Made by a program: the position numbers and the translations under genes
NCBI GenBank assembly: GCA_964035545.1
Contig: OZ037766.1
Coordinates: 620,001-684,000 of the forward strand
Length of the DNA stretch: 64,000 nt
Reading direction: 5' to 3'
Source of the DNA: Bugula neritina
Lineage: Eukaryota; Animalia; Bryozoa
In this document: one piece after another, positions 52,136-64,000 of the stretch
Layout: each line of letters opens with the position of its first letter
How positions within the stretch are numbered: the first letter of the stretch is position 1
The notes under the pieces: generated by a model
What the model was told of the DNA's origin: nothing
Database searches by the model: none
The model's input: only the letters and a program-made list of their open reading frames with translations

Positions 52136-54509
52136 TTAATTGAGTATGTAGCAGCTGACTTCACACACTCCGCTGCCTGCGAGACTTGTAGTAGAGTATC
52201 TCCTGTTGATGCCGATGTAGGTCTTCTTGAAGGACGATGTTGGGGTAAACCAGTAGGGGTTCCCCATGTCGTAGTTATGACCTGCTGAGCTATACACTCT
52301 CAGGTTTGAAGTTTTCACCCGATAAGTGATGTAGCTGTAAGCAAAACGGAAAAGTTCTTATCACAACTATCAATCAACTTTTTAGTAAAGCTTTGAAAAA
52401 ATAAGAATTTTATTAAACAAACAACAATTCAACTATAACTTGTTTGAAATAAAAAGATTGAGCAATTTTATTATTAGGACATGTTATTAGAAAGTGTGTA
52501 AGCAGTTGAAAGAAAGTTTAGCCCCCCATGTACCTGTATTGGTTATTGTCTATATGAGTATGAATATTGTTGAAGAACTGGTAGTTGTATCGATATGGCG
52601 ACGAGGTGCTTGTAACAGTCCTTGTGCTGACCCGGGCATCTAATCCGCGTCCATAAATGTAAGGACTGGACGAAGTAGATCCTATAAGCAACAGGTTTGT
52701 ACCAAGAGAACAATACATGTGATATATGCAAGCTGATATTAGCACAATGCTTTCATAAAAAGCTAAAATATATTAATTTAAATTTAAATGCATTTCTCGT
52801 ATTGTGACCAAGCCTTCATCCCTTTTAAACTTTTAAGCAGTTTTTGTATTTTATGATTTTGAACCACACCTATTTCTTTTAGTCGTGAAGTTTTTTATAT
52901 CTGCAAATTGGCATCAATTAAATACTATATCAAACACTGTAATATACTCGTGTCTTTAACTTAACAGAGTTAGCATAGGAATTTGCTATTTTCATAATCC
53001 TTGCGCGAAAACTTTAGGATCATTCTAAATTAACGCTACTTTGCTATACAGTTATTTACCGCTAGATTACATGTGCTCTAATATGTTAACTAACTTAGAT
53101 GTGTTCCTATAAAATAAATAAAAAAATATTTAAAAGCTGGTTACCTAACTTGGTCAAAAGAGACGCACTTCTAGTAACTTACACGTATGTAGAACTGAGG
53201 TAAACTTACCTGAAGCAATGCTGCTCTCTGCCAGACTGTACACGTATCTACTCTGTTCTGGAACGTTCATTCTGAAGGTGCAGCTGAACCCTTTCTTTCC
53301 AGAAGGCACATCAATTATCAATCTAAACAAGCAATTTATTCAACAATGTACCTTTACTTTTGCTATTATAAGTGCACTTGAATATTATTACTATTTCATG
53401 AATTTTTAAATAAGCTGAATTTAATTTTGAGTAAAAAGTTGTAATGGGACTCTTTATTTATAATTCCCCCCCCCCCATGATTATATACCTTCTAAATGCA
53501 ACAAGCTGCTAAAGGTCATGACCTAGCTGCCCTCAGCTGCAAACTAATCAGAGGAATGCAGCTTTATTTGTGGTGCTTACAGCATTCCTATGCTTGTTTC
53601 TTTATACCTAGATTTCATGTTTCTATTTACATTTCATATAATAACAATATAATACGTTAATAACTTATGTAAGATTTCTTACCTGTATCTTTTCTTACAG
53701 TCGGTGTTGGGAGAAGTACTATCTGATCCACCAGAAGAGAAACTGATTGGTCCTCCAGATGTACACCCAGAGGAGGTCCCACTCAGGTAGGTCTTGCAGG
53801 TCTTAGACTGAGCTCTCACCGCAGCTACAACCAACACACACTATACACTTTCCATTGCAAACTCTTAGGGTTTTAATCTTATAGTTTCTGGTTAATCAAT
53901 TATAATTCTATAACATTGTCATAATATTTATAGCTAGAAAGGAAATTTTATAAAAAAAAGTTAAAATCTCATTGACTTTTTCACGGGCCAATTTTTGGTA
54001 TCAAAGTTGTGCTTTCAGTAAATTCTTTAAATTTGATAGATTATTATAATATGACAAATTGTTAAGCAGTTACGAAAGACTGTACAAGTACATGTATAAT
54101 ATATACAAAAGATTATATTTTGATTTGTGAAGTGTATTATATATAAATTATTTTCATAATACTTTATTATATCAAAAATTCTTTAAAAAAAATTAATTAT
54201 ACCTTTTATCATTTCATTTAGTTTAACCATAAAATACAACAACAATATTTATAACTCTTATTTAGAAGATACTTTAAAAATTTAACACTACTGTGCAAAT
54301 TTTTTGAAATTATATTTGTTATTTTTTGCCCAATTTCAAGTTGCTGTATTAAGGTAAAACAATTAGATAAATATTATTGAATAGTTTAATCTTTCCCATA
54401 AAATATTCAAACTTTAGAAATGCCTACAACAGTTGAAGAACGTAATATAGTTAGTTTGCATACCAATAGCAATGAGTAGGAAAGCCAGAGTCTTCACGAT
54501 AGCAGCCAT
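52136..54509 (-). CDS. Uncharacterised secreted protein, 215 aa, six cysteines
   Basis: Five in-phase exons: 54509-54464, 53824-53683, 53322-53210, 52681-52534, 52334-52136 (648 nt). Signal peptide MAAIVKTLAFLLIAIAAVRA-QS; Ser/Thr/Tyr/Gly-rich, beta-type body ending YIGINRRYSTTSLAGSGVCEVSCYILN. Confidence 0.85.
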
Positions 54510-54566
54510 CTTGTCTTCTGCTTCTTCAGTAGAACAAAACCAGAAGATGTGAGTTGGAGTTTGTAA

Positions 54567-54594
54567 AGTGAATGCAGCTGCTAATGCTTATATA
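54567..54594 (-). promoter_or_regulatory. Candidate TATA box and initiator for the secreted-protein gene
   Basis: TATATAAG at 54594-54587 and TCACT at 54571-54567 on the minus strand, 60-85 nt upstream of the ATG. Confidence 0.5.
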
Positions 54595-54899
54595 CTAGTC
54601 TAACTTCAAGCCACATTAGTTCTGAGTCATGGCAGTAGAAAGCTGGCACCAAAAATAGACTAATTGTTTTTGGTAAACATGGAACAGCTCGTCTCTGATG
54701 TGATTGGCTGCCTCAACGGCCAATAGCTCTTCGTTAAATTTTATCGGTCCAGGAAGTTGAGAACATGAGTTCAACAAATCTTTTGTACAGTCCATTTACC
54801 ACAATGTAGTTGGAGTTGTATATTGAACAAAAATAGACAACACCCAAAGGACTCTTGGCTTTCTCAACACTCTGTAACAATTATAATAGTCAGTGTATA

Positions 54900-55335
54900 A
54901 ATGCTACAAGATATAGCATAGTAACACATTATATATACCTGCTATACATGCTATAGCACCGTTACACATTATACCTGTTGCATGCTATAGCGCTGTTACA
55001 CATTATACCTGCTACTTGTTATAGCACTGTTACATATTATACCTGCTACATGCTATAGCACTGTTACACATTATACCTGCTACATGCTATAGCACTGTTA
55101 CACATTATACCTGCTACATGCTATAGCACTGTTACACATTATACCTGCTGCATGCTATAGCATAGTCACACATTATACCTGCTACATGCTATAGCGCTGT
55201 TACACATTATACCTGCTATACATGCTATAATACTGTTACACATTATACCTGTTATACATGCTATAACACTGTTACACATTATACCTGCTACATGCTATAG
55301 CACTACATTACACATTATACCTGCTACATGCTATT
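54900..55335. repeat. ~31-33 bp minisatellite (CTGCTACATGCTATAGCACTGTTACACATTATAC)
   Basis: About 13 copies. Confidence 0.93.
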
Positions 55336-55477
55336 ATCATGACAGAACTATAGTACAAGTCTCTTAGATTCTTTAAATGAGTAACACCTTACTAATATTT
55401 CACCAAATATATTGTATTGACAGAATGTTTATACACATGCTTATTGGCAAGGATAAACTTTATCCAATAACATCTTA

Positions 55478-55975
55478 CAACTATCAACTGCGTAACTATT
55501 AACTGCGTAACTATTAACTGTGTAACTAGCAAGTACATGTGAACTCTAGCAACTGTGTAACTAGCAAGTAAATGTGAACTATAGCAACTGAGTAAGTAGC
55601 AAGTGCATGTGAACTATAGCAACTGTGTAACTAGCAAGTGCATGTGAACTATAGCAACTGTGTAAGTAGCAAGTACATGTGAACTATAGCAACTGAGTAA
55701 GTAGCAAGTAAATGTGAACTATAGCAACTGAGTAAGTAGCAAGTAAATGTGAACTCTAGCAACTGAGTAAGTAGCAAGTAAATGTGAACTATAGCAACTG
55801 AGTAAGTAGCAAGTAAATGTGAACTCTAGCAACTGAGTAAGTAGCAAGTACATGTGAACTATAGCAACTGAGTAAGTAGCAAGTACATGTGAACTATAGC
55901 AACTGAGTAAGTAGCAAGTAAATGTGAACTCTAGCAACTGTGTAACTAGCAAGTACGTGTGAACTCTAGCAACTA
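55478..55975. repeat. ~33 bp minisatellite (AGCAACTGAGTAAGTAGCAAGTAMATGTGAACTMT)
   Basis: About 13 copies. Confidence 0.93.
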
Positions 55976-56003
55976 TCTAACAACTTGCAATGTAATATTT
56001 GGA

Positions 56004-56626
56004 AAATTTATTTTGTTTTATAAATCATTTTATAATTTAGCTGCACAATTTTTCTAATTGAAGTTCAACCGTAGAGTTATCTTTCCTCTTCAACATTTTT
56101 AGATATTTTCAAAACTTTTTCACTAACTTCGTCTTCTTAAACACACATACCTGTAAGAAATTAAAATATAATTATGTCAGTTTATATACATTTGCCAATA
56201 CTTGTCTTACAATTATGTATCTGTATGTATAACAAGTAAAGTGTATTACGACTATTTGTATATATATATAAAGTTTATTGTGATTACCTGTATATAAAGT
56301 ATAAATTATGTATTCTTGACGCATGAATAATTATATTAAGTTGAACAAAACAAAGTGTATCTTTTTTCGGATTTAAACCAATATATTATAATCACTTATT
56401 ATGTTGCTTCGTTTAGTTTCATATAATTAGTCATGATTCAAACATGCATATCCTATATTTTATATATGCAGATAATTGCAATATACCCTTGGTTAGTGAA
56501 GAGGTTTTGAAAATATCTGAAATGTTGCAAAGGAAAGATAACTCTAAGGTTGATGAGTAATTGGAAAAAAATAATTATTTTGTATTGAGCAGCTAAATAA
56601 AATAATTTATAAAACAAAATAAATTT
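56004..56626. mobile_element. Foldback/MITE-like element with ~125 bp inverted arms
   Basis: 56004-56127 is the imperfect reverse complement of 56492-56626 (e.g. TAGAGTTATCTTTCCT...CAACATTT...AGATATTTTCAAAAC...TTCACTAAC). Confidence 0.75.
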
Positions 56627-57914
56627 AAGTTTTTTGATATTTTTTATTTCATATCAGCAACATATGTTATCAAAATTTCACTGGTTGATAGGGAATTGGG
56701 GACTACCATCATCAATGCAGCCATCTTTGGTATATCTTCATGGAGGAGAAGAAAATTCCACATAAAATTACAACATACCATGATATCAGAATTTGGCACT
56801 AGATTGACTTGGTGTCCAAAACTTCAGCAAAGTTCATCTGCGTGGCAGTTATAGCTTGCAAGGTCTAAAACTGTGAGCTGGGCAGCAATGAATGATGCTG
56901 ACGTGAAACACTATAACTGATTCAGCAGACAGCCTTAACTACAATTAGCTATAAGCCATACCAAAGTTGATATACAATTATGAGTTGATGGTAGAAGACA
57001 ACTTCAGTCTATAGCCCTGGCGTTGAAATACTCATAGAAATAGAGTTATAGACACACAGAGTTTATTAAAAAGGCTTATGCTACTTCTTGCAACACATTA
57101 AAGATATAATATTTTCTGTTCCAAAACATTTATCAAAAATGTAGCTTATAAGATTCCAAAAGTCACATCAACAAAAGACCGTATTACTTAATGTTTGTAG
57201 ACCCATGTTATAAGAAGCAATGCTATGAGCAGAATGAGCTACAGAATGTATACACTATTATATTATATTCATTCTGCTATGGTTGTTGTGGGCACCTGCT
57301 AGACCTGATCATTATGTCACTTTGTCAACCTACAAGTTCCACAATAAACTTTGCTCTAAAAGACTTGGCTTCTTGTTATAGGATAGAACTGCAGCTTCAG
57401 GGCGAAATTTTATAACACAGACTCTACTTTCTGCCACCAGGTGGCTCTGGGTTCAACTATGTTTATGAATCATTCCTGAGGAATATATAAGCTCAAGGTA
57501 TATCAGAATCATAAACTAAGTTTTATAAACTCCAAACTCAGTTTACAGGAAAATAATTTGTCACTTTGTATTATTGACAAAGTTGTAAAAGTCTGAATTT
57601 TGATTCTATTTATAAGTCAAGGGGCAATATTTCAAATGCATATAGCCATAGCCATTTATTTTGATTCAGGATGAAATTACATCATGTAATATATTATAAA
57701 AATAAAATATTATTTCAATCAAAAGTTTTATATGGTTTAACAGCTTGACTTTAAAACGATTGCTTTTTTAAAAATATTGCTTACAAAATATAACTGATGA
57801 AATAAGAACTAGTAGTCAAAGTAATAAAATCAAAGTGATAGAATAAGTCAGTTGATAGAGGGAAGCAACTGAGCAAAAAGTAAAGATTACTGCAAACTGA
57901 TTAAACTAGTAAGT

Positions 57915-60900
57915 TTACAGTTTGTACTTTACAATGTATTCTGGGTAAGCTGATGCATCATGGTATACAACGTACTTAGTTGGGCTTGACACATTATCAA
58001 CTACCGAGTCATATTGTTCAGTCTCAGAGCCAGGTTTATAAGGTGCAGTTTTCAGGGATTTATTTCCTTGACAATAATCTCCTGTAACCACTCTAACCAT
58101 TATCATGTGTTTCTCTCCAGCAGCATTCACTGGCGAGTTCCACCCATCAGAGTATTCAGATGTAGTCGAGAAGTAACAGCCAGGACCCAGTAAATTTCCA
58201 CCTACAGTAGTAGTTCACAGACTACTCACTTTCAAATAGAAACCAGTACTCAGTTTATTTAAAAGCTCACGCCAGTTTATAGTCACCATCCCTGTGATAA
58301 AACCCTTAATAGAAAGTCTAAGGACTTATTCAGATGGGGCACAGGAGAAATATGACTGCATGCTCTTTTTTAACATCACCAATGGCCTTTGTCTGGGCTC
58401 GAACCCATGACCTTCTTACTAGGCAAACCCTCTAACCCCTTCAAGCAACAGCTAGCGGCTAATAAATCACTTTTTGCAACTCAAAATGCAGTTTGCATAC
58501 TCGAAGTAGTTGTATGACTAGGTTCTGTAAAATAAAGTCTCCCATTTAAATAAATACAAACTTTCATAACATTGAGGTTTGAGACTAAGGATAATGCAGA
58601 TAATTCTAGAAAAAAATCCTCACCAATTTTTCCTGAAAGCCCCCTGTCAAACTTCCCGTGAGTAATTTTCTGTATATTCTCTTCAGCCGTAGCGTGCCAG
58701 AGGGGAGTTGTCTCCACTTGGTCCTCTCTTCTGCCTAATCTCTGAGCCACAAATGCCCGGCTGCTGTCATACAGGAAATACGACTTAGGATTTTGCACTC
58801 GTCGAACCTGCAAAGACATTATTTAGCTGTTACTTAGCTGTACGTTTTTTAAAAGATTTATTATTAAGATTTCTTGCATATCTTTGTTGTTTCTGCCATT
58901 GATAATTATTATATATAACCAGCATTATATAGTATATTATAGTACAGTATTGTAAAGTATACTATAATATAGAATAAGATATATGTCAACAGAGTAAGAT
59001 ATGTGTCAACAAACTAAGATATGTGTCAGCATACCTAGATATGTGTCAGCTGAAAGTGCTGTACTTACCGCCAAAACAGTGACAGCACCAGCTGGTTTGC
59101 CAATTGTTTTCAAAAAGCTGGAAGAAACATTTTTCCATTCTAATGTATGCCTGGAGATCCCAAACTCCCTGTATATGTTTAATGGCTTCTCCCAGGTTTC
59201 TGGTACACCTGTGAAATGATATTTAATATGTATATGTATAATATGTATATGTATAATATGTATATGTATAATATATATACGTACAATATGTATATGTATA
59301 ATATGTATATGTATAATATGTATATGTATAATGACACTGATAACATTTAGTTCCTAAGTTTAAATTATGATATATACTATATTACATTATAATATATCAT
59401 AATATTGACTACAATTTAGGTAAAATTACATATATTTATAATGCGAAACAATCCATATTTAGTTAAAATAACACCACTCTATCTAATTTAATAATAAAAG
59501 ACTCACTTCTAACAAACTTTCCTTCTCCATCTATTGGCTGTTTAGCATCACTTCCCTTAGTAGTCGGCAAAGCTTTGATCTCCAAGTCCAGTGCTTTCTC
59601 AAAACCCTAATTTTAATTTAGTTTAAAATATATTATATAATGCATATATTATCTCTTAATACATATTTTATGTTGTTATATATATATAATACGTATCAAT
59701 TCAGAGTTAATCTGATTAATATGACTCACCTGTAGAGTCACAGAATCTCTATCATAAACAATCATAATGATTCTCTCAACTGTCGTATCTTCATTATCTT
59801 TAGCAAACTTAGCTGCAGCTCTAACAAAACTCTTGGCAACCACATCGGGAGGGAATCTCAACAGCCCCGTCCCAATAGCAGGGAATGCGATGGATCTCGC
59901 GCTATTGTCTTTGGTCCATAATAAACATTTGCTGATCAGCTTCTCTAAAACCTTTCAAGGAGGAAGACTTACAAATAATTAATAATGAAATTGTCAATTC
60001 AATACATTTTTGCAAAAATATTTGCTTCTTCTGTGTTTAGTCTTATTGAACATAAGTAATATTTTCAAATATGAATTTTACAATTATATCACAAAATCAT
60101 TAATACAAAGTAACATACTAATAAGTTTAACCTATTTATTTTGAATAACTTGAAGTTATTTCATTAATTTAAACCTAAAATCGGAAATAAGAATTTTCAC
60201 ATCATATGATACAAATTTTCATGAGGTAAAAACTATTACAGATGCGTCATGTGATGTATCATGTAATTAAATTTCGGTCTCTAATTATATTACGTTTTTT
60301 TTGTGATATTTGCAAACCAAAATTTACTAAATAATAAGAAAAAAACATAGGGTATTAAGCAAAATTAAAAATAAACTTGATTATTTAGTTGTATTTGTGG
60401 ATATTTTGTTAGTTTTTGGCAAGAAACTATGTAGATGTACATTAGCGGCTAAACTGTGAAAAGATAGCTAAAAATGAAGATTCCGAGTGTGTACTAAATT
60501 ACGTGAAATGACCCATATATGAGCAATTCAAGTGTATACCGCTAAAGTGAAACTTTACTATTGAAACTTAATTCAATTGTAAACAGTATCGTGATGATAT
60601 TTTAAATATAATTAAATTAAATAGAAACTGAAAGAATTATTAACCAAAATTTAAATATAAAATAATATTTCAGGCAAGAAATAAAGTAACACAACACCTT
60701 ATCTGATGACTGAGTATCCCAGGCAGGACAGTTTACATGGAGCACGTCAGCACAGTTCAATCTGTATCCATTAGTCATTACGATATCTCCGAGAGGAAGG
60801 GGTTTGACGGCATCACACTCCTTTTGTAAGCCTGGCCCGGCAGCATTCAACAAGGCAGCAGCAACTTTTCCCCATGACAAAGTCATGTGACTAGCAGTAG

Positions 60901-63900
60901 AGTTTACTATGATGTCCACCTGTAAGTGTGTTTATATATTATAGTAACTTGTGGTGACTTAAAATGATTGACAAACTTTGAAGCAGCTTAAGTAATAAAG
61001 TAAGTCTAACAATTATATACTTGGATGCCTCTTTTCCAAAACAAAGTAATAATATATTACATTTCATAAATTATTCATTTGCTTTCTATATATTTCATAA
61101 ATAACAAAACTTGAGTTTTTATGTATTCAATTATAAATTTCAACAACTACATATTATGTTATTAGTACATTTAAACAATATAAATGTACACACTCTGAAA
61201 GTTACATATTATTAGTATAAGTTAACTGAACAGTATATTATCACTTAAAAACTACTAAGTGCAACCTTAGCTGTAACCAAGTCTCCTTTGTATATCTCCA
61301 GTTTAACTCCATTCTCAAGAGAATAGCCCGTAGAATTCTTCTCTAGATCTTCTAATTTTATATCGTCTTCTTGCTAAAACGTAGACACATCAACAAAATA
61401 AATCTTTTTGATCAAATTCAGTTTAATTAATATTACTTTAGTAAATAAACTGGGTAATTCATTTCACCAACTAGTGCTGCTTTTTATGCCAAGGTCAAAT
61501 GTCATCCATGTTGTAACTCATAGGAGAAGCAAACAATTCCCAATTAGTAAAATTTTACTTTTATAAATTTATCTAAAAACCACAAAGTTTCACAAACTAA
61601 CATCTACATCTAACATCTGTATATTGTTACAATATCACTTCTTTTTAATTGCAACCAAATCTAAAAGTTAAAAGGTGTCAAAATATATAAAAGAGAAATG
61701 CAGTAACATCCCAATAGATTGTACTCAGTATAGTATTATGGACTTCAAGCGTTGTTGTCATGAACTGTTAGTGTATAGATTATCTTATCACCTGAACGTC
61801 ATTGCTTATCACATGACGATGTATTCCATGTTAGTTGAGTGACTATCTCAATCTGACATTATGTACTCGCCTAGTAGTTTCAAAAACATTAATGCATGTA
61901 GAATATAACAGGTTTTGATAGAAAGAAGAAGTTTTCCAAATCCGTGAATTGTACAATTCTTTTAGATTCAAGTTGAGGTTACAAGTGAATCAAATGTTTT
62001 AGAGTTCCATTAGTTTACCAAAACACCTTTTCGTGAGTAATACATAGACATGATTTGAAATTAAGTAGATATGAAATGTGGAAAAGTCATACGTCATGTG
62101 ATTGATAATCGACACACAATGATCGCATGGTCTTCCCCAGTAAAGCAAAGAAAATAAGTACTGATTAGTGAAAGATATTCTCATCATTACTTCGGTACTT
62201 TAATGGTCAAAGAGTCTGATAAAAATAGCTTGAATGAGCTACTTCACTTAAAACTGTTTTACTAACAAAGATAGTAACTAACTATTTGAGTATTAGTAAA
62301 TAACGCTGAAACTATGAGTTGTCACTAGTTATTACTAGCTACTCCAGTACTAACTCAAAGTGCTATAATTATTAATAATATAATTCGGAGCATACAAATA
62401 GTATAAAAACAGTTAAACAATACCACAAGGCCGATGTCGTTCGCTTCCGCAGTGTACTCAGTTTGGTAGCAGATGAGCTTGTAGTTATTAATGATGTCCA
62501 CATTATGTGAGTATTATTTTCTAGAAGCCTCCGCCAAGCTATTTCTGATTGTGTGCCTACCTTGGAGCGGGAGATCAAGCTTAATAGACATGAGCCTGCG
62601 TGGTTTACTAATGAAGCTCGGAAACTAGCAACTAAACAAAGAAAACTGTACAACGGGTTCAAGGAGACTGGAAATGACTGATCGACAAGCAGCTGCTTAT
62701 CACCGCAGTGTCTCTAAAAAAGCTTTCAAAAGACTGAAAAAGCAGTATATTGAATCTCGGGTATGTAAGCCACTTCTAGAGGGGAACAGTAAACCCTTTT
62801 ACAAACATTTGAAGGGCTCCACAAAATCGCATAACCCAATTAGGCTTGCTATGCCAGATGGTACTCTCACATCAGACCCAAAAAAGTGTGCTGATATGCT
62901 CAACAGTTTCTTCTACCAGCAATTCACCGCATCTCATCAACTTCCCATGCTCGTCTATGAGGCGAGAATGAAGTGCCTGATGTATCTCTCTCGGGCGTAG
63001 CTCAACAAATCAAAAACTTGAAGTCTGGCAAAGCTCCAGGTCCTGGTGGTTTTGGGAAAGCTGATTTGAGCATAGATATTGGTATAATGGAGAATGTTCA
63101 AACAGATGCTGTGCGTTTTATCTCTAACAGCAAAGGAAGAACTGATATTGGGGAGGAGATGAAAAAGCTGTGTTTGGAGCCGCTTGATCTAAGGAGGAAA
63201 AACTGACGCATCAGCCTTCTCCTAAAAATATTGTCTAAGGAAGAACTACATCCAACTCTGAGTGCTGCCTATGATGATTTTCTAGATCAGCAGACCACAA
63301 GCACTGTACAGACTCGGTCTCAGGTTTCAAGATTTCCGAGATCAGTGAGAGCGAACAGGAATGGGTATCTTTATAGTTTTCTCCCAAGAACAATAAGAGA
63401 TATGAGGATCAGCACTGATCACACACAGACAGGCTAGTTAGCCTGTTAAGTTAATCTGCACAAGAATGTTAACACTTTTTAGACTACTGTCCAAGTACTG
63501 ACAACTTATTTTCTATATGCTGCACACCTCTTCTTCCCTCTATAGGGAGCTCCAGTGTGGAAATAACATCGACAGGTATTAATAATAGTAAAAGTCACTA
63601 CTAGCTAATGCTAACTACCAATAGCTACTTAAAGTTACTACTAGCAACTACTTCTACGTTATCATAACTAATAACTATTAGAGCACCGTGGGACACTTCC
63701 GTTACTAAACGAATCAGCTAAGCCTAGGGTAGCTAATAGCTGACAAGGTGTGCCCTCTGGGTTCTGATGTCTTCACAGTGCATGAAGCAGCAAATGAACT
63801 ATTGCTATATCAGATGCATTAAATACCTGGACTCGTCCAGCAGCACCACTAGCAGGCCTTTGAGTTTCATCACGAAAGAGGGTTTCAAAAAGTCTTAGCA

Positions 63901-63907
63901 AACTCAT
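57915..63907 (-). CDS. PARP14/15: Macrodomain + PARP catalytic domain mono-ADP-ribosyltransferase (PARP14/15-like), ~447 aa
   Basis: In-phase exons 63907-63827, 61373-61266, 60919-60698, 59951-59730, 59606-59507, 59208-59069, 58807-58624, 58201-57915 (1344 nt). Macro domain: KGDLVTAKVDIIVNS, AAGPGLQKEC, SIAFPAIGTG..RFP. ART domain: VPETW, RRVQN, LWHAT, GPGCYFS, RVVTGDY..G, YDSVVDN...YVVYHDASAYPEY. The first exon/ATG is less certain because it lies near the window end. Confidence 0.9.
58330..58460 (-). mobile_element. tRNA-derived SINE in the last PARP intron
   Basis: Perfect B box GGTTCGAGCCC about 35-40 nt after a degenerate A box, followed by a body shared with 44376-44480; I could not fold a complete cloverleaf. 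Confidence 0.6.
59226..59333. repeat. 16 bp AT-rich repeat (AATATGTATATGTATA-type)
   Basis: About 7 copies next to a PARP acceptor. Confidence 0.85.
62381..63576 (+). mobile_element. Degenerate, internally deleted LINE fragment in PARP intron 1
   Basis: Frameshifted ORF2-like pieces: YHKAD, PAWFTNEARKL, NSKPFYKHLK, ADMLNSFFYQQF, LKSGKAPGPGG, ENVQTDAVRFI, LEPLDLRR, SFLPRTIRD. The RT core is absent. Candidate TSD TATTAATAATA at 62370-62380 and 63577-63587. Confidence 0.85.
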
Positions 63908-64000
63908 CTTTAGACTTTGAATTCAGTCAGCTAAGCCTAGGACAACTGATTGTGGCTAGTTGGCCTGTTACTAGCTGAGTCTTAGTAGTTAGTAGTAGTT

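Noticed and set aside
58330-58460. tRNA gene
   Set aside because: B box present, but the A box is degenerate, no acceptor stem was found, and the 3' body is shared with another copy, so it is a SINE.

Overview
AT-rich, intron-containing animal DNA, probably an invertebrate, rich in mini- and microsatellites; it is not prokaryotic. Most long ORFs in the track are tandem-repeat artefacts, and the real genes had to be assembled by hand from GT-AG exons with matching phases. Seven gene models are supported. Plus strand: (1) the 3' four exons of a TARP/stargazin (CACNG-like) gene ending in a PDZ motif; (2) a small 3-exon RGS gene; (3) an uncharacterised 2-exon ~200 aa gene; (4) a complete 10-exon NETO-like gene (CUB-CUB-LDLa-TM). 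Minus strand: (5) an ankyrin-repeat + non-RD TKL-type kinase gene with an N-myristoylation motif, an early frameshift and a near-intact LINE inside an intron; (6) a 5-exon secreted six-cysteine protein; (7) an 8-exon single-macrodomain PARP14/15-like mono-ADP-ribosyltransferase. The window also holds two LINEs, several MITE/foldback elements, two copies of a tRNA-derived SINE and a perfect 1.5 kb (CACAG)n tract. The most notable observations are introns built from tandem copies of their own 5' splice site, two glutamate-receptor auxiliary subunit genes 24 kb apart, and a co-oriented putative innate-immune trio. All exon boundaries are manual predictions; no database search was run.
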